Source of the DNA: Betaproteobacteria bacterium RIFCSPLOWO2_12_FULL_62_58
GTDB taxonomy: Bacteria > Pseudomonadota > Gammaproteobacteria > Burkholderiales > SG8-41
Assembly: GCA_001772005.1 (NCBI GenBank)
Contig: MERI01000103.1
Coordinates: 18,232-82,231 of the forward strand
Length of the DNA: 64,000 bases
Direction of reading: 5' to 3'
In this document: positions 27,888 through 37,161 of the stretch, piece after piece
Position numbering within the stretch: the stretch's first letter is position 1
Layout: the number at the start of each line of letters is the position of its first letter
The notes under the pieces: generated by a model
Seen by the model: the letters and a program-made list of their open reading frames with translations, nothing else
The model's database searches: none
Told to the model about the DNA's origin: nothing
Translations under genes and position numbers: made by a program

Positions 27888-29639
27888 CTACCTCATGCTG
27901 GCATCTGATGGTATGTTCGGACCGTTCGGCGGGAAATGCAACCGCCCGTCCTTGCCCCAGCCATAACCGGCGTTTTTCAGGACCTGCCTCGCCTGGTTGA
28001 GGTTATAGTCCCACTTCTTCAGGGTCTTGTCGTACCAGAAATCCATCACGATCGGGATCGGACCCTCGCCGGGCACGGTCCCGTGCCCGAGCAGCGCCTC
28101 TTCGTTGATTCTGCTCTTGTTCGTCGCCAGCCGGAGGGCCTGCCGTACCGCCGGGTCCTGGAACAGCTCCTTCTTGTGATTCACGACGACACATTGTGTG
28201 CCATGGACCGGAATGTTCACAAACGTCAGCTGTTTGTTCTGCTTGGCGAGGTCGCTCGCCTTGGCACCGGTGATCAGGTCGGTGGTGAAGTCGATCTGTC
28301 CCTGCTGCATGGCGGCGACCATGGCGTCACTGGAGGAGAAGACGACCTTCCGGATCCCCTCAATCTTGGCTGGCTGGAAAAATCCGTCGAACCGCTTGAG
28401 GAAGTGTTCCTGATCTTTGGTCCAGTGGTCGAAGACGAACGGACCGCTGCCAATGACCTTGTCTGGCCGTGGATCCCACTGCATCGGAGTCTTGACGCTA
28501 ACCCGTTCGGGCACCTGGGACCAGATATGCTCGGGCAGCACCGGCACAAACGTCAGGGTCTTGCGGAAAAACGCCGCGTCGGGCTCCTTGAGCATGATGC
28601 GAACGGTCAGCTTGTCGACCGCTTTGGCGCCCGCGACGTTCTGCATCGCAACCTGATAGGTCGGTGGCTTCCACTTGAGGAGGTAATCGAACGTGAACGC
28701 GGCGTCCTTCGCGGTCACTTCCCGCCCGTCGTGGAACTTCGCGCCGTCGCGAAGTTTGAGTTCGATCGTCGTCGGGTCGATTACTTTCCACCCGGTTGCG
28801 GCCCAGTCGCCGAGCTTGCTGCCGTCATCCCGGAGGAATGTCTGGTAGACCATACGAAGCCAGCCGAAGGAGGCCGTCTCGGCCAAGACATTCCAGGTGC
28901 TTACGTCCTCGGGAGCACCGGTATCCAGTATCTTATCGTCGGTCTTGGGGGTGATGCTCAGCCAGGGTTCCTTTCTTCCATCGTTAACCTGCACAGGGGT
29001 TGGGTTCGGGAAGTTCTCGAACTTCCGGTTGTTGTAGAGCATGAAATCGGCACTATGCGTCACCGGCCACTGCGGCAGCCGCTCGTTGTGGTAAGCCGAC
29101 ATCTTGAAGACGAGAGCCCGGCGCTTGGACTCGTCGAGCTCGACTCGCTGCGCCTTGAACATCTTGTCCCACTCGGGGTCGCACCAGTGGCCGGAGTTGC
29201 GCCTCGAATTACACGTGTTCAAATCGCCTAACCAGTGGTTTGGATCGAGGCGCTCCGGATCGCCGCCCCAGCTTACCAGGGCCAGGTCGTTGATCTGCCC
29301 GCCGACCGTGATCTGACTGACAAAGGTGTTGAAGTTCATCGGCTTGAGCTGAATGTCGAAGCCGATCTTCTTGAAGTCCTCCATGAGAATGCGGGCGATA
29401 GCCACGAAAAATGGGCTGTAGTCGGCCGAGTAGTGTGCAAACTCAAGGGTTGGTACGATGGTGCCAAGCTGTCCTGCTGGGGGGGCTGCTGTTGCGCTCG
29501 CGGCGGGCTGGCTGCGGGCCGCCAGCAGCGCGCTCGCAGCCGAGAGCGAAAGTCCTAACCGAATGGCTCGAGCCAAAAACTGGCGGCGGCCGATGCGTCC
29601 CGCGGTGAACTGCTCTACCAAACTGTCCAGGGTTGCCAT
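27888..29639 (-). CDS. Family 5 ABC substrate-binding protein with Tat signal; domain order appears permuted
   Basis: GRRQFL Tat motif; LRDGAKFHDG.EVTAKD, IGSGPF, DPAVRQAL. The normally C-terminal DESKRRALV segment occurs in the N-terminal third. Confidence 0.88.
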   Translation of the reverse strand: MATLDSLVEQFTAGRIGRRQFLARAIRLGLSLSAASALLAARSQPAASATAAPPAGQLGTIVPTLEFAHYSADYSPFFVAIARILMEDFKKIGFDIQLKPMNFNTFVSQITVGGQINDLALVSWGGDPERLDPNHWLGDLNTCNSRRNSGHWCDPEWDKMFKAQRVELDESKRRALVFKMSAYHNERLPQWPVTHSADFMLYNNRKFENFPNPTPVQVNDGRKEPWLSITPKTDDKILDTGAPEDVSTWNVLAETASFGWLRMVYQTFLRDDGSKLGDWAATGWKVIDPTTIELKLRDGAKFHDGREVTAKDAAFTFDYLLKWKPPTYQVAMQNVAGAKAVDKLTVRIMLKEPDAAFFRKTLTFVPVLPEHIWSQVPERVSVKTPMQWDPRPDKVIGSGPFVFDHWTKDQEHFLKRFDGFFQPAKIEGIRKVVFSSSDAMVAAMQQGQIDFTTDLITGAKASDLAKQNKQLTFVNIPVHGTQCVVVNHKKELFQDPAVRQALRLATNKSRINEEALLGHGTVPGEGPIPIVMDFWYDKTLKKWDYNLNQARQVLKNAGYGWGKDGRLHFPPNGPNIPSDASMR

Positions 29640-29929
29640 CTCGTTCTTCCTCCTTCGTGTGGTTAAAATAAACGACGAGACGATAGAAAAAGGAAATCAA
29701 TCCGGCGCCGATTTCGCTGCGCCGAGCCCATACGCCAGGAGCAAGTGCAAAAGCACTCGCAGAGTGCGCATAGGCCTTATGTTTATGCTTGCTTTCTCCT
29801 CCCCCGGAGAAAAACCATCATCGGAGCGAGTATCGGACAGGTTTTACCGCGCAATCTATTCCAACCGCGGGAACAAGGCAAGCTCTTGCCCGCCGTCCTG
29901 CTCAAGGGCGAGCACCCACCAGAAAGTAC

Positions 29930-30205
29930 TTGTGATGGAGTCCGCCCAGGACCGATTTGACTCTCACATCCCTCGAATACGGATCCGGTCCAGAGACTTT
30001 GTCCTGCTGGTAACGCAATCAGTTTTGGAGGATCAGGCACGCCAGGTCCCAACGACATGTGCGGTGCATTACCCACGCGGTCAAGATCAATCGAAGGTGG
30101 GCCGCGGACATCGGTATCGACCAGTCAAGACACTCCCGCCTGATCGTGCCAACTACACGCTTACAAATCGCGTTGGCATTCGGCGCCCGCAGCGGAGTCT
30201 CATTC
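29930..30205 (-). pseudogene. Integrase-core (rve) transposase remnant
   Basis: TPLRAPNANAICKRVVGTIRRECLD..SAAHLRLIL resembles the C-terminal rve segment; fragment only. Confidence 0.7.
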
Positions 30206-30218
30206 GCCCGACATCGCC

Positions 30219-30341
30219 AACGACTGCAATCGGCCACATTGCCGACGTAACAGTTGGGCGGTCCCAATGACCGCACTGGCCGAATAGCGGACGGTCGGCT
30301 GCATCGGCCTGTATGACCGCAGAGGGTCGATCTGAGTCGTT
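30219..30341 (+). repeat. Same ~30-bp semi-palindromic motif, three copies with 47/46-bp period (right island flank)
   Basis: Copies at 30219, 30266, 30312. Confidence 0.62.
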
Positions 30342-30423
30342 CGTGACGATCTACGATTTATTCCGTCGCTGCAAGATTGTGCATCGTCTCCGACTGACAC
30401 TGTCCGTCAGATCGAGTCTGGGC

Positions 30424-30694
30424 TAGAGCCTGTCTCAATAATATCCACGTGTGCGACGGGGCAATGTGGGATGCAGTTCTAGGAGCAGAGCCCGCGGCAA
30501 TATCGCGAATATTGCAAGGACTCGCGACAACGAAATGCGCCCAGATTGCCCCGTCCCTTCGGGTTGCGGCCAAAACAGGCGTCTGCGTTGTCCCGTCGCT
30601 TGCCAATATTCGCGATATTGGCTGCGCTCCGCTCCTAGCAGCCATCCCGTTTGGGCCGCAACGCATCGCGCGGATATTATTGAGACAGGCTCTA
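30424..30694. mobile_element. MITE-like element, 271 bp, perfect 23-bp terminal inverted repeats including flanking TA
   Basis: TAGAGCCTGTCTCAATAATATCC (30424-30446) and GGATATTATTGAGACAGGCTCTA (30672-30694); no credible ORF. Confidence 0.85.
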
Positions 30695-30718
30695 CACATA
30701 ATTCCGTTTTCCGCCATC

Positions 30719-30758
30719 AAAAACCGTGGCCGGGCCGCTAGCCCCGGCCACGGTTTTT
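30719..30758. terminator. Bidirectional intrinsic terminator
   Basis: AAAAACCGTGGCCGGG-loop-CCCGGCCACGGTTTTT. Confidence 0.85.
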
Positions 30759-31028
30759 GTCCCAAACGTAGCGCACAAGCCGCTGCCAGCGACTTTGCGG
30801 CTGCGTGAGCTTGTTGTGCGCCTTGCCCCCTGCCTGATCGCGCAAGTGGCTGCGCTTCACCAACTCGTGCAGCTCGCGCATCGTCATGCCGCCGGGGCCT
30901 GTGCCGAGCGTTCGATCTTCGACGGGCTCAGACTGAACGCGCTGCTCGGACTTTTTCCTGGACGTACGACTTGTGTCTTCTTCAGTCGAAGGGCCCTTCA
31001 GCTTGTCGGGATCGGGTTTGTCAGCCAT
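30738..31028 (-). CDS. Hypothetical small basic protein
   Basis: 96-aa ORF divergent from aroC, ending in the terminator; no recognisable motif. Confidence 0.4.
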   Translation of the reverse strand: MADKPDPDKLKGPSTEEDTSRTSRKKSEQRVQSEPVEDRTLGTGPGGMTMRELHELVKRSHLRDQAGGKAHNKLTQPQSRWQRLVRYVWDKNRGRG

Positions 31029-31095
31029 CGTTCGGGGTCGTGGAAAGATGCCGATATGTTAAACTCGTTGCCGGTGATTTGCGAGTGAAAATGCC

Positions 31096-32259
31096 ATGTC
31101 CGGCAGCACGTTAGGCAAGCTTTTTTGTGTCACGTCATTTGGCGAGAGCCACGGGCCGGCGATCGGCTGCGTGGTCGACGGCTGCCCGCCGGGCATGCAC
31201 CTCAGCGAAACGGACATTCAGGCTGATCTCGACCGCCGCAAGCCGGGCACCTCGCGCCATGTCACGCAACGGCGTGAAGAAGATATCGTGGAAATTCTTT
31301 CGGGCGTCTTCGAAGGCAAAACCACCGGCACACCGATCGCGCTCTTGATCCGCAATGTCGATGCGCGAAGCCGGGACTACTCCAAGATCAAGGACATGTT
31401 CCGTCCGGGGCATGCCGACTACACCTACTGGCAGAAGTATGGCATTCGCGACTACCGCGGCGGCGGCCGGCAGTCGGCGCGCGAGACCGCCGTGCGCGTC
31501 GCCGCTGGCGCGATTGCGAAAAAGTGGCTGCGTGAAAAATACGGCGTCGTGATCCGCGGCTACCTCGCGCAATTGGGGCCGATCGCGATCCCATTCAAAT
31601 CATGGGAGGGGGTCAACACCAATCCATTTTTCGTTGCTGATGCCAGTGTCGTGCCGCAGCTCGAGGAGTTCATGGACAAGCTCAGGAAGTCGGGCGACTC
31701 GGTCGGCGCGAAGATCACGACCATCGCTTCCGGCGTGCCGGTCGGCTGGGGCGAGCCGGTGTACGACAAGCTCGACGCCGATCTCGCCTACAACATGATG
31801 AACATCAATGCGGTGAAAGGCGTCGAGATCGGCGCCGGTTTTGCCGCGGTCACGCAAAAGGGCACCGAGCATTCCGACGAGATGGCGCCGCAGGGATTCT
31901 TGTCGAACAACGCCGGCGGCATCCTCGGCGGCATCTCGACGGGGCAGGACATCGTGGTCAACGTGGCCGTCAAACCCACATCGAGCATCCGGCTCGCGCG
32001 GCGCACCGTCGACAAGCAGGGCAATCCGACCGTGATCGAAACCCACGGCCGCCACGATCCGTGCGTGGGCATTCGCGCGACTCCGATCTGCGAAGCGATG
32101 ATGGCGTTGACGTTGATGGATCACGCACTGCGGCACCGCGCGCAAAACGCAGACGTCGCGTGCGAAACGCCGAAGATCCCCGCGGCCGCGCCGCAGTCGG
32201 TGATCGACCAGCTACGCAACGCTGCCGCGACTGAGAACCCCGATCCCGACGAGGCTTGA
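31096..32259 (+). CDS. aroC: Chorismate synthase
   Basis: [28 protein letters not shown]. Confidence 0.97.
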   Translation: MSGSTLGKLFCVTSFGESHGPAIGCVVDGCPPGMHLSETDIQADLDRRKPGTSRHVTQRREEDIVEILSGVFEGKTTGTPIALLIRNVDARSRDYSKIKDMFRPGHADYTYWQKYGIRDYRGGGRQSARETAVRVAAGAIAKKWLREKYGVVIRGYLAQLGPIAIPFKSWEGVNTNPFFVADASVVPQLEEFMDKLRKSGDSVGAKITTIASGVPVGWGEPVYDKLDADLAYNMMNINAVKGVEIGAGFAAVTQKGTEHSDEMAPQGFLSNNAGGILGGISTGQDIVVNVAVKPTSSIRLARRTVDKQGNPTVIETHGRHDPCVGIRATPICEAMMALTLMDHALRHRAQNADVACETPKIPAAAPQSVIDQLRNAAATENPDPDEA

Positions 32260-32264
32260 TTGCC

Positions 32265-32858
32265 ATGAACGAAACCGCAACCGTTTACCAACTGAGAATT
32301 GCGCTCGCCTATATCGAACCCAGCGTCTGGCGGCGGCTGGAGGTCCCGAGTACCATGACTTTCGGTGATCTTCACGGCGCGATCCAGGCGGCGATGGGCT
32401 GGGAGGACTGCCACCTGTGGGCGTTTTACGTTGGGAAGACAGAAGTCAGTCCGGATCCGGAACAGTTTGATTTCCCCGGCGAGCCGCGCGCCCAAGCGGC
32501 GGACTGGACCGCGCTCGATGACATGCTCGCCGGCCGCCGCATCAAGTTCCGCTACATCTACGACATGGGTGATGACTGGCTGCACGAGATCAAGGTCGAA
32601 AAGATTCTCGCCCCCGAGCCGGGTGTGCAGTACCCGCGCTGCACCGGTGGCGAGCGCGCCTGCCCGCCGGAGGATTGCGGTGGGTTCCCTGGCTACTACA
32701 ATGTTCTGGAAGCGCTGGCGGACCCGAAACATCCTGAGTACGAAGAGATGCTCGATTGGATCGGCGGCGAGTGGGACCCGGAAGCCTTCGACATCAAGGC
32801 CGTGAACGCGAGGCTCCAGCCCCGTAAACGCAGGCCTGCACGACGCCCGAAAAAGTAG
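32265..32858 (+). CDS. Plasmid pRiA4b ORF-3 family protein
   Basis: YQLRIAL..VWRRLEVP..LHGAIQ.AMGW...HL, YIYDMGDDWLHEI, ACPPEDCGG. Confidence 0.88.
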   Translation: MNETATVYQLRIALAYIEPSVWRRLEVPSTMTFGDLHGAIQAAMGWEDCHLWAFYVGKTEVSPDPEQFDFPGEPRAQAADWTALDDMLAGRRIKFRYIYDMGDDWLHEIKVEKILAPEPGVQYPRCTGGERACPPEDCGGFPGYYNVLEALADPKHPEYEEMLDWIGGEWDPEAFDIKAVNARLQPRKRRPARRPKK

Positions 32859-32979
32859 TCATCCGGTCGCCGTAAGGCGCCGAAAGGTGCATGTCCGGCC
32901 GCGAATCTGAACCGTTGCTGGGGTGGGCAGGGCGTACGCAGCATTGCTCCCGCCGTGCACGCTGCATTAAGATGCCCAG

Positions 32980-35922
32980 ATGGCGAAAAGAACAAGCAGC
33001 CCGCGCCCGAAAAAGGCCTCCGTAATTTCCCGCCAGACGGCGGAGTACCGCCATCCGGAAGAAACACCGGCCCGGCCGGATGTTGGCACCCAGCCGCAGT
33101 TCAAGAAGCGCGCCGCCCCCAGAACATACCGCTACGACTCATCGCTCGCCCCCGCGCTTGATTGGGATGGGCAGAACCCCGCGCGCGAACAGGGCGAGGC
33201 GCTGATCGCCGCGCTGGAAGCGCGTATTCGAAATCTCCGCGAGACTATCGCTAAAGTGGCATCTGGCAATTCCGCGCAGCTTGCAAGCACGACCGCCAAA
33301 AAGAAGGCCCCCTCTCCCTCGAAGGGAGAGGGTTGGGGTGAGGGTGAACCTGAACTGCGACGCCTGCTTGACGAAGCCGAGGACGCGCTACGCAAGCTCA
33401 AGGCGTTGTCCAAGTCCTTCCTGAATTGGGCCGGCAAGGCCGAGCGCCTGTCGTTCGACGTCCCGACGCTGCCGCTCTTCATCCACGAGCGGCTGTCCAC
33501 CCGCGCCATTCTCGAAACCCTGAAGGGCCACAAGCGCGACAAGCAACTGGATCTTTTTGACCTCTTTTCCGATCCGCAGCGGCCGATCCACGACCAGGTG
33601 CTGCGCGCGTACGAGTATCAGGACAAGTGGGTCAACCGCATGATCCTCGGCGATTCGATGGTGGTGATGAACTCGCTGCTGCACTACGAGTCGCTCGGCG
33701 GGCAGGTGCAGATGATCTACATGGACCCGCCCTACGGCGTGAAATTCGGCTCCAATTTCCAGCCGTTCGTGCGCAAGCGCGATGTCACACATGGCGACGA
33801 TGACGACATGACGCGCGAACCGGAGATGGTGCAGGCGTACCGAGACACCTGGGAGTTGGGGCTGCACTCATACCTCACCTATATGCGCGACCGGCTGTTA
33901 CTGTCGCGCGAATTGCTTGCGCCGTCCGGTTCGATCTTCGTGCAGATTTCCGACGAGAATCTGCATCATGTGCGCGAAGTGATGGATGAGGTTTTTGGAG
34001 CAGAAAACTTTGTCAGCGCGATTACCTTTAAGAAAACGAGTAGTTCCTCCGGCGCATTGCTGTCTACTGTTGCCGATTATTTGCTCTGGTACGGAAAAGA
34101 TCGGACACGACTGAAATATCGGCAACTGTTTCAGCCCAAAGTAATTGGTGATGAGGGCGGAACGCAATACACATGGGTTGAATATCCGGACGGAACACGG
34201 AAGAACCTCACCGCACGAGGTGATTTCTCGAACCTGCCTTCTGGAGCGAAGGTATTTCGGCAAGATAATTTGACAAGCCAACGTCCAGCAAACGAAAACG
34301 ACGTTCGCGAGTTCGAGTTTGAAGGTAAGACATTTACTCCGGGGCGAGGGACCTTCAAAACCGATCGAAAAGGTCTTGATAACCTCAAGAAATCGAAGCG
34401 TCTTATTGCCCTTGGGAATACGTTGGCCTACGTTCGTTATTTCGACGACTTTCCAGTTTTTCCCATGTCTAACGTTTGGCAGGACACGGTGACCTCAGGG
34501 TTCGCAGCAGATAAGCTGTATGTCGTTCAAACTGGAACAACTGTGGTTGAGCGCTGCGTGCTCATGACCACCGATCCGGGCGACATAGTGCTTGACCCCA
34601 CCTGCGGTTCTGGCACGACAGCCTATGTTTCTGAGCTGTGGGGGAGACGCTGGATCACGATCGACACTTCCCGCGTGCCGCTTGCGCTTGCGCGGCAGCG
34701 GCTGCTCACGGCGACTTATGCTTGGTTCGAATTGAAGGATGAGTCGGGTGGGCCTGCGGGTGGCTTCATCTATCAGCGCAGGCAAAACCAGAAAGGCGAA
34801 GAAGTTGGCGGAATCGTCCCACACATAATGCTCAGTACCATTTCCAACAACGAGCCGCCGCAGGAAGAAGTGCTCGTCGATCGGCCCGAAGAGACGAAAG
34901 GTGTCACACGTGTTTCCGGTCCGTTCGTGGTCGAGGCGACGATACCAACGGCGATGGATGTCGAGGGTACCCACCCCCATCCTGACCTTCCCCCTGAGGG
35001 GGAAGGAAAGCAACTCCCTCCCCTTCAAGGGGAGGGTAGGGGTGGGGATGGGGCGGCAGATTTCATCGAGCGCATGCTGGAAGTGTTGCGCCGCTCGCCG
35101 GTGCTGCGGCTGGAGGGCAATCGCACGGTGACGTTGAAGAACGTGCGTAGGCCGGCGAAAACGCTTTCGCTCACGGCCGAGGCGATGGTGGTGAACGGAA
35201 ACGGAAAATCCCCTCACCCCAGCCCTCTCCCGGGGGGAGAGGGAGGTAAGCCGGTCGCATTGGTGTTTGGACCCGAGAACGGCGCCGTGGCGGAAAAACT
35301 CGTGTGGGAGGCGGCTCGCGAAGCCAAAGCCAAGGATTACGACCATCTCTACGTCATCGGTTTCGCAATCCAGCCGCCCGCGCGGCAGTTCGTCGAGTCC
35401 TGCGAGCAGGTGACGGGCATCGCCGCGACTTACGTGCAGGCGACGCCCGACCTGATGATGGGCGACCTGCTCAAGAACATGCGCTCGTCGCAGATTTTCT
35501 CGGTCTGCGGCCTACCTGAGATCGCGCTGCGTAAGACCAAGGCGCCGGCGCACGAAATTTCGAAGGAAAAAAAGGCCGCGCCGTGGTATGAGGTCGAGCT
35601 GCTCGGTCTTGACGTGTTTGACCCGGGAACAATGGAGGTCCATCACAAGCGCGGCGATGACGTGCCGGCGTGGTTACTCGATACCGACTATAACGGCCTC
35701 TCGTTTCACGTCTGTCAGGCGTTTTTTCCGCGCACCGCTGCATGGGACAACCTCAAGCGCGCGCTGAAGGGGGAGTACGAAGACTCGGTCTGGGAACACC
35801 TCGCGAAAAACGTCTCGGTACCCTTTGAGGCAGGCGAGCAAGGGCAGATCGCCGTCAAGGTCATCGACGACCGCGGCAACGACCTGATGGTGGTCAAAAG
35901 CTTGAAGGAGGCCCGTGGATGA
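32980..35922 (+). CDS. mod: Type III-like R-M DNA methyltransferase (N6A/N4C, beta class)
   Basis: IYMDPPYG precedes DPTCGSGTT with a variable region between; C-terminal IAVKVIDDRG; upstream of a Res helicase-nuclease. Confidence 0.9.
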   Translation: MAKRTSSPRPKKASVISRQTAEYRHPEETPARPDVGTQPQFKKRAAPRTYRYDSSLAPALDWDGQNPAREQGEALIAALEARIRNLRETIAKVASGNSAQLASTTAKKKAPSPSKGEGWGEGEPELRRLLDEAEDALRKLKALSKSFLNWAGKAERLSFDVPTLPLFIHERLSTRAILETLKGHKRDKQLDLFDLFSDPQRPIHDQVLRAYEYQDKWVNRMILGDSMVVMNSLLHYESLGGQVQMIYMDPPYGVKFGSNFQPFVRKRDVTHGDDDDMTREPEMVQAYRDTWELGLHSYLTYMRDRLLLSRELLAPSGSIFVQISDENLHHVREVMDEVFGAENFVSAITFKKTSSSSGALLSTVADYLLWYGKDRTRLKYRQLFQPKVIGDEGGTQYTWVEYPDGTRKNLTARGDFSNLPSGAKVFRQDNLTSQRPANENDVREFEFEGKTFTPGRGTFKTDRKGLDNLKKSKRLIALGNTLAYVRYFDDFPVFPMSNVWQDTVTSGFAADKLYVVQTGTTVVERCVLMTTDPGDIVLDPTCGSGTTAYVSELWGRRWITIDTSRVPLALARQRLLTATYAWFELKDESGGPAGGFIYQRRQNQKGEEVGGIVPHIMLSTISNNEPPQEEVLVDRPEETKGVTRVSGPFVVEATIPTAMDVEGTHPHPDLPPEGEGKQLPPLQGEGRGGDGAADFIERMLEVLRRSPVLRLEGNRTVTLKNVRRPAKTLSLTAEAMVVNGNGKSPHPSPLPGGEGGKPVALVFGPENGAVAEKLVWEAAREAKAKDYDHLYVIGFAIQPPARQFVESCEQVTGIAATYVQATPDLMMGDLLKNMRSSQIFSVCGLPEIALRKTKAPAHEISKEKKAAPWYEVELLGLDVFDPGTMEVHHKRGDDVPAWLLDTDYNGLSFHVCQAFFPRTAAWDNLKRALKGEYEDSVWEHLAKNVSVPFEAGEQGQIAVKVIDDRGNDLMVVKSLKEARG
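33308..33346. repeat. In-frame palindromic element in mod (PSPSKGEGWGEG)
   Basis: CCCTCTCCC-TCGAA-GGGAGAGGG-TTGGGGTGAGGGTG. Confidence 0.85.
34972..35052. repeat. In-frame inverted doublet of the palindromic element in mod (HPHPDLPPEGEGKQLPPLQGEGRGGDG)
   Basis: CACCCCCATCCTGACCTTCCCCCTGAGGGGGAAGG and CCCTCCCCTTCAAGGGGAGGGTAGGGGTGGGGATGGG. Confidence 0.85.
35210..35245. repeat. In-frame palindromic element in mod (PHPSPLPGGEG)
   Basis: CCCCTCACCCCAGCCCTCTCCC-GGG-GGGAGAGGG. Confidence 0.85.
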
Positions 35923-36338
35923 TCACGCAAGCCCAGGCTGATCAGCTGATTGCTGCGTTGAAAGAGGCCGCTCGCAACGACCCTTTCATCTGGCAGGAAA
36001 ATTTGCGGCAGGACGAAATAGTTCTCGCGGTCGGCGATCGAAAACTCAAGTTCGTGCTGACGTTGAAGCGCAATTTGAATGAAATCAAGCTGCACATGCG
36101 CACACAGGATCGAAACATCGGATTAGCGCGAATCGATAACGCACCATATCACTGCAATCCGGATGGATCCGAGATCAGGAGCCAGCCTCATTTGCATCTT
36201 TACCGAGAGGGACATGAATTGGCATGGGCGGAGCCGATCGATTGGTGCGATTTGGGTCGTCCGTTGGATACGCTCGAAAAGTTCCTGAATATCATTAACA
36301 CTCGCTTCCGAGCGGGCTACTCGGTGTCTCTCATCTGA
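35919..36338 (+). CDS. DUF6978-like protein
   Basis: LARID...HCNPDG....PHLHLYREG...WA motif; ATGA overlap with mod. Confidence 0.7.
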   Translation: MITQAQADQLIAALKEAARNDPFIWQENLRQDEIVLAVGDRKLKFVLTLKRNLNEIKLHMRTQDRNIGLARIDNAPYHCNPDGSEIRSQPHLHLYREGHELAWAEPIDWCDLGRPLDTLEKFLNIINTRFRAGYSVSLI

Positions 36339-36340
36339 AT

Positions 36341-37150
36341 ATGGCCGCAATACTGAAACCTGACTTGGCCAAGGAGTACATCGACTGGCTGCGTGGGCGG
36401 GTTGTTTCTATCACCCGTGGTGAAACGCAAATACTCAGCACACCATTTCTCGATCCTTTCAACGATGGCATCAAGATTCATGTTGAGTCAAGAAACGGGG
36501 AGATTGTGCTTCATGACAACGGGGACACCTTAGACAATCTGTCCGCCTTGGGTGTAAAGATAGAAGAGTCTGAAAGAAGGAAGGCCCTAATCCAGCGCGC
36601 CACTGCAGGGTGCGCCGTAACGTTCAATGGGAGCCGCTTAGAGACTATTGCGACGCCGGCTAGTCTTCCGCAGAGAGCCCATTTTCTTATTACGGCAATC
36701 CTGCGGCTCAATGACCTTTGGATGAGCACCACTGGTCACCGTTGGGCCGACTTTTTCGAAGTTGTTGCGGAATTCTTGGAACAAAAGCAAGTTCTCTTTA
36801 CCCCGAATGTTTCCATACCAGGGCGCACGGTGGATCACAATATTGATCTGGTCATCCCGTTGCCGAAGCGCCGTGAGCGTTTGGTGAAATTGATCGGTGA
36901 TCCCAAACCTCAAACTGCCAAGGTGATCTCGTTTACGTGGATGGAATTGCAGGAGTCACGACCTGAAGCGGAACGCGTGGTCGTGCTTAATGATGTCTAT
37001 GCGCCGGATCCCCTGGAAGAGGAAAGCGAGCAGGAGTTCAAGCGAATCAGCGAGCAGACCATATCGATCCTCAGTGGCTACAGCAACGCAGTTTATAAGT
37101 GGAGCCAGCGTGGCCAACCTGAGTTCAGTGGGCTGTGGCAGCCAAATTGA
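36341..37150 (+). CDS. DUF1828/DUF1829-like protein
   Basis: STPFLDPFNDGI..LHDNGDTL in the N-terminus; FFEVVAEFL..NVSIPG..HNIDLVIP in the C-terminus. Confidence 0.75.
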   Translation: MAAILKPDLAKEYIDWLRGRVVSITRGETQILSTPFLDPFNDGIKIHVESRNGEIVLHDNGDTLDNLSALGVKIEESERRKALIQRATAGCAVTFNGSRLETIATPASLPQRAHFLITAILRLNDLWMSTTGHRWADFFEVVAEFLEQKQVLFTPNVSIPGRTVDHNIDLVIPLPKRRERLVKLIGDPKPQTAKVISFTWMELQESRPEAERVVVLNDVYAPDPLEEESEQEFKRISEQTISILSGYSNAVYKWSQRGQPEFSGLWQPN

Positions 37151-37161
37151 CAGGGTATGTG

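Noticed and set aside
29458-30270. 270-aa plus-strand ORF at the island edge
   Set aside because: Overlaps the SBP start and the antisense of the rve remnant; no coherent protein signal.
30219-30341. 46-47-bp-period repeats as a mini-CRISPR
   Set aside because: Repeats are too degenerate and linkers (~16 bp) too short; kept as an unnamed repeat instead.
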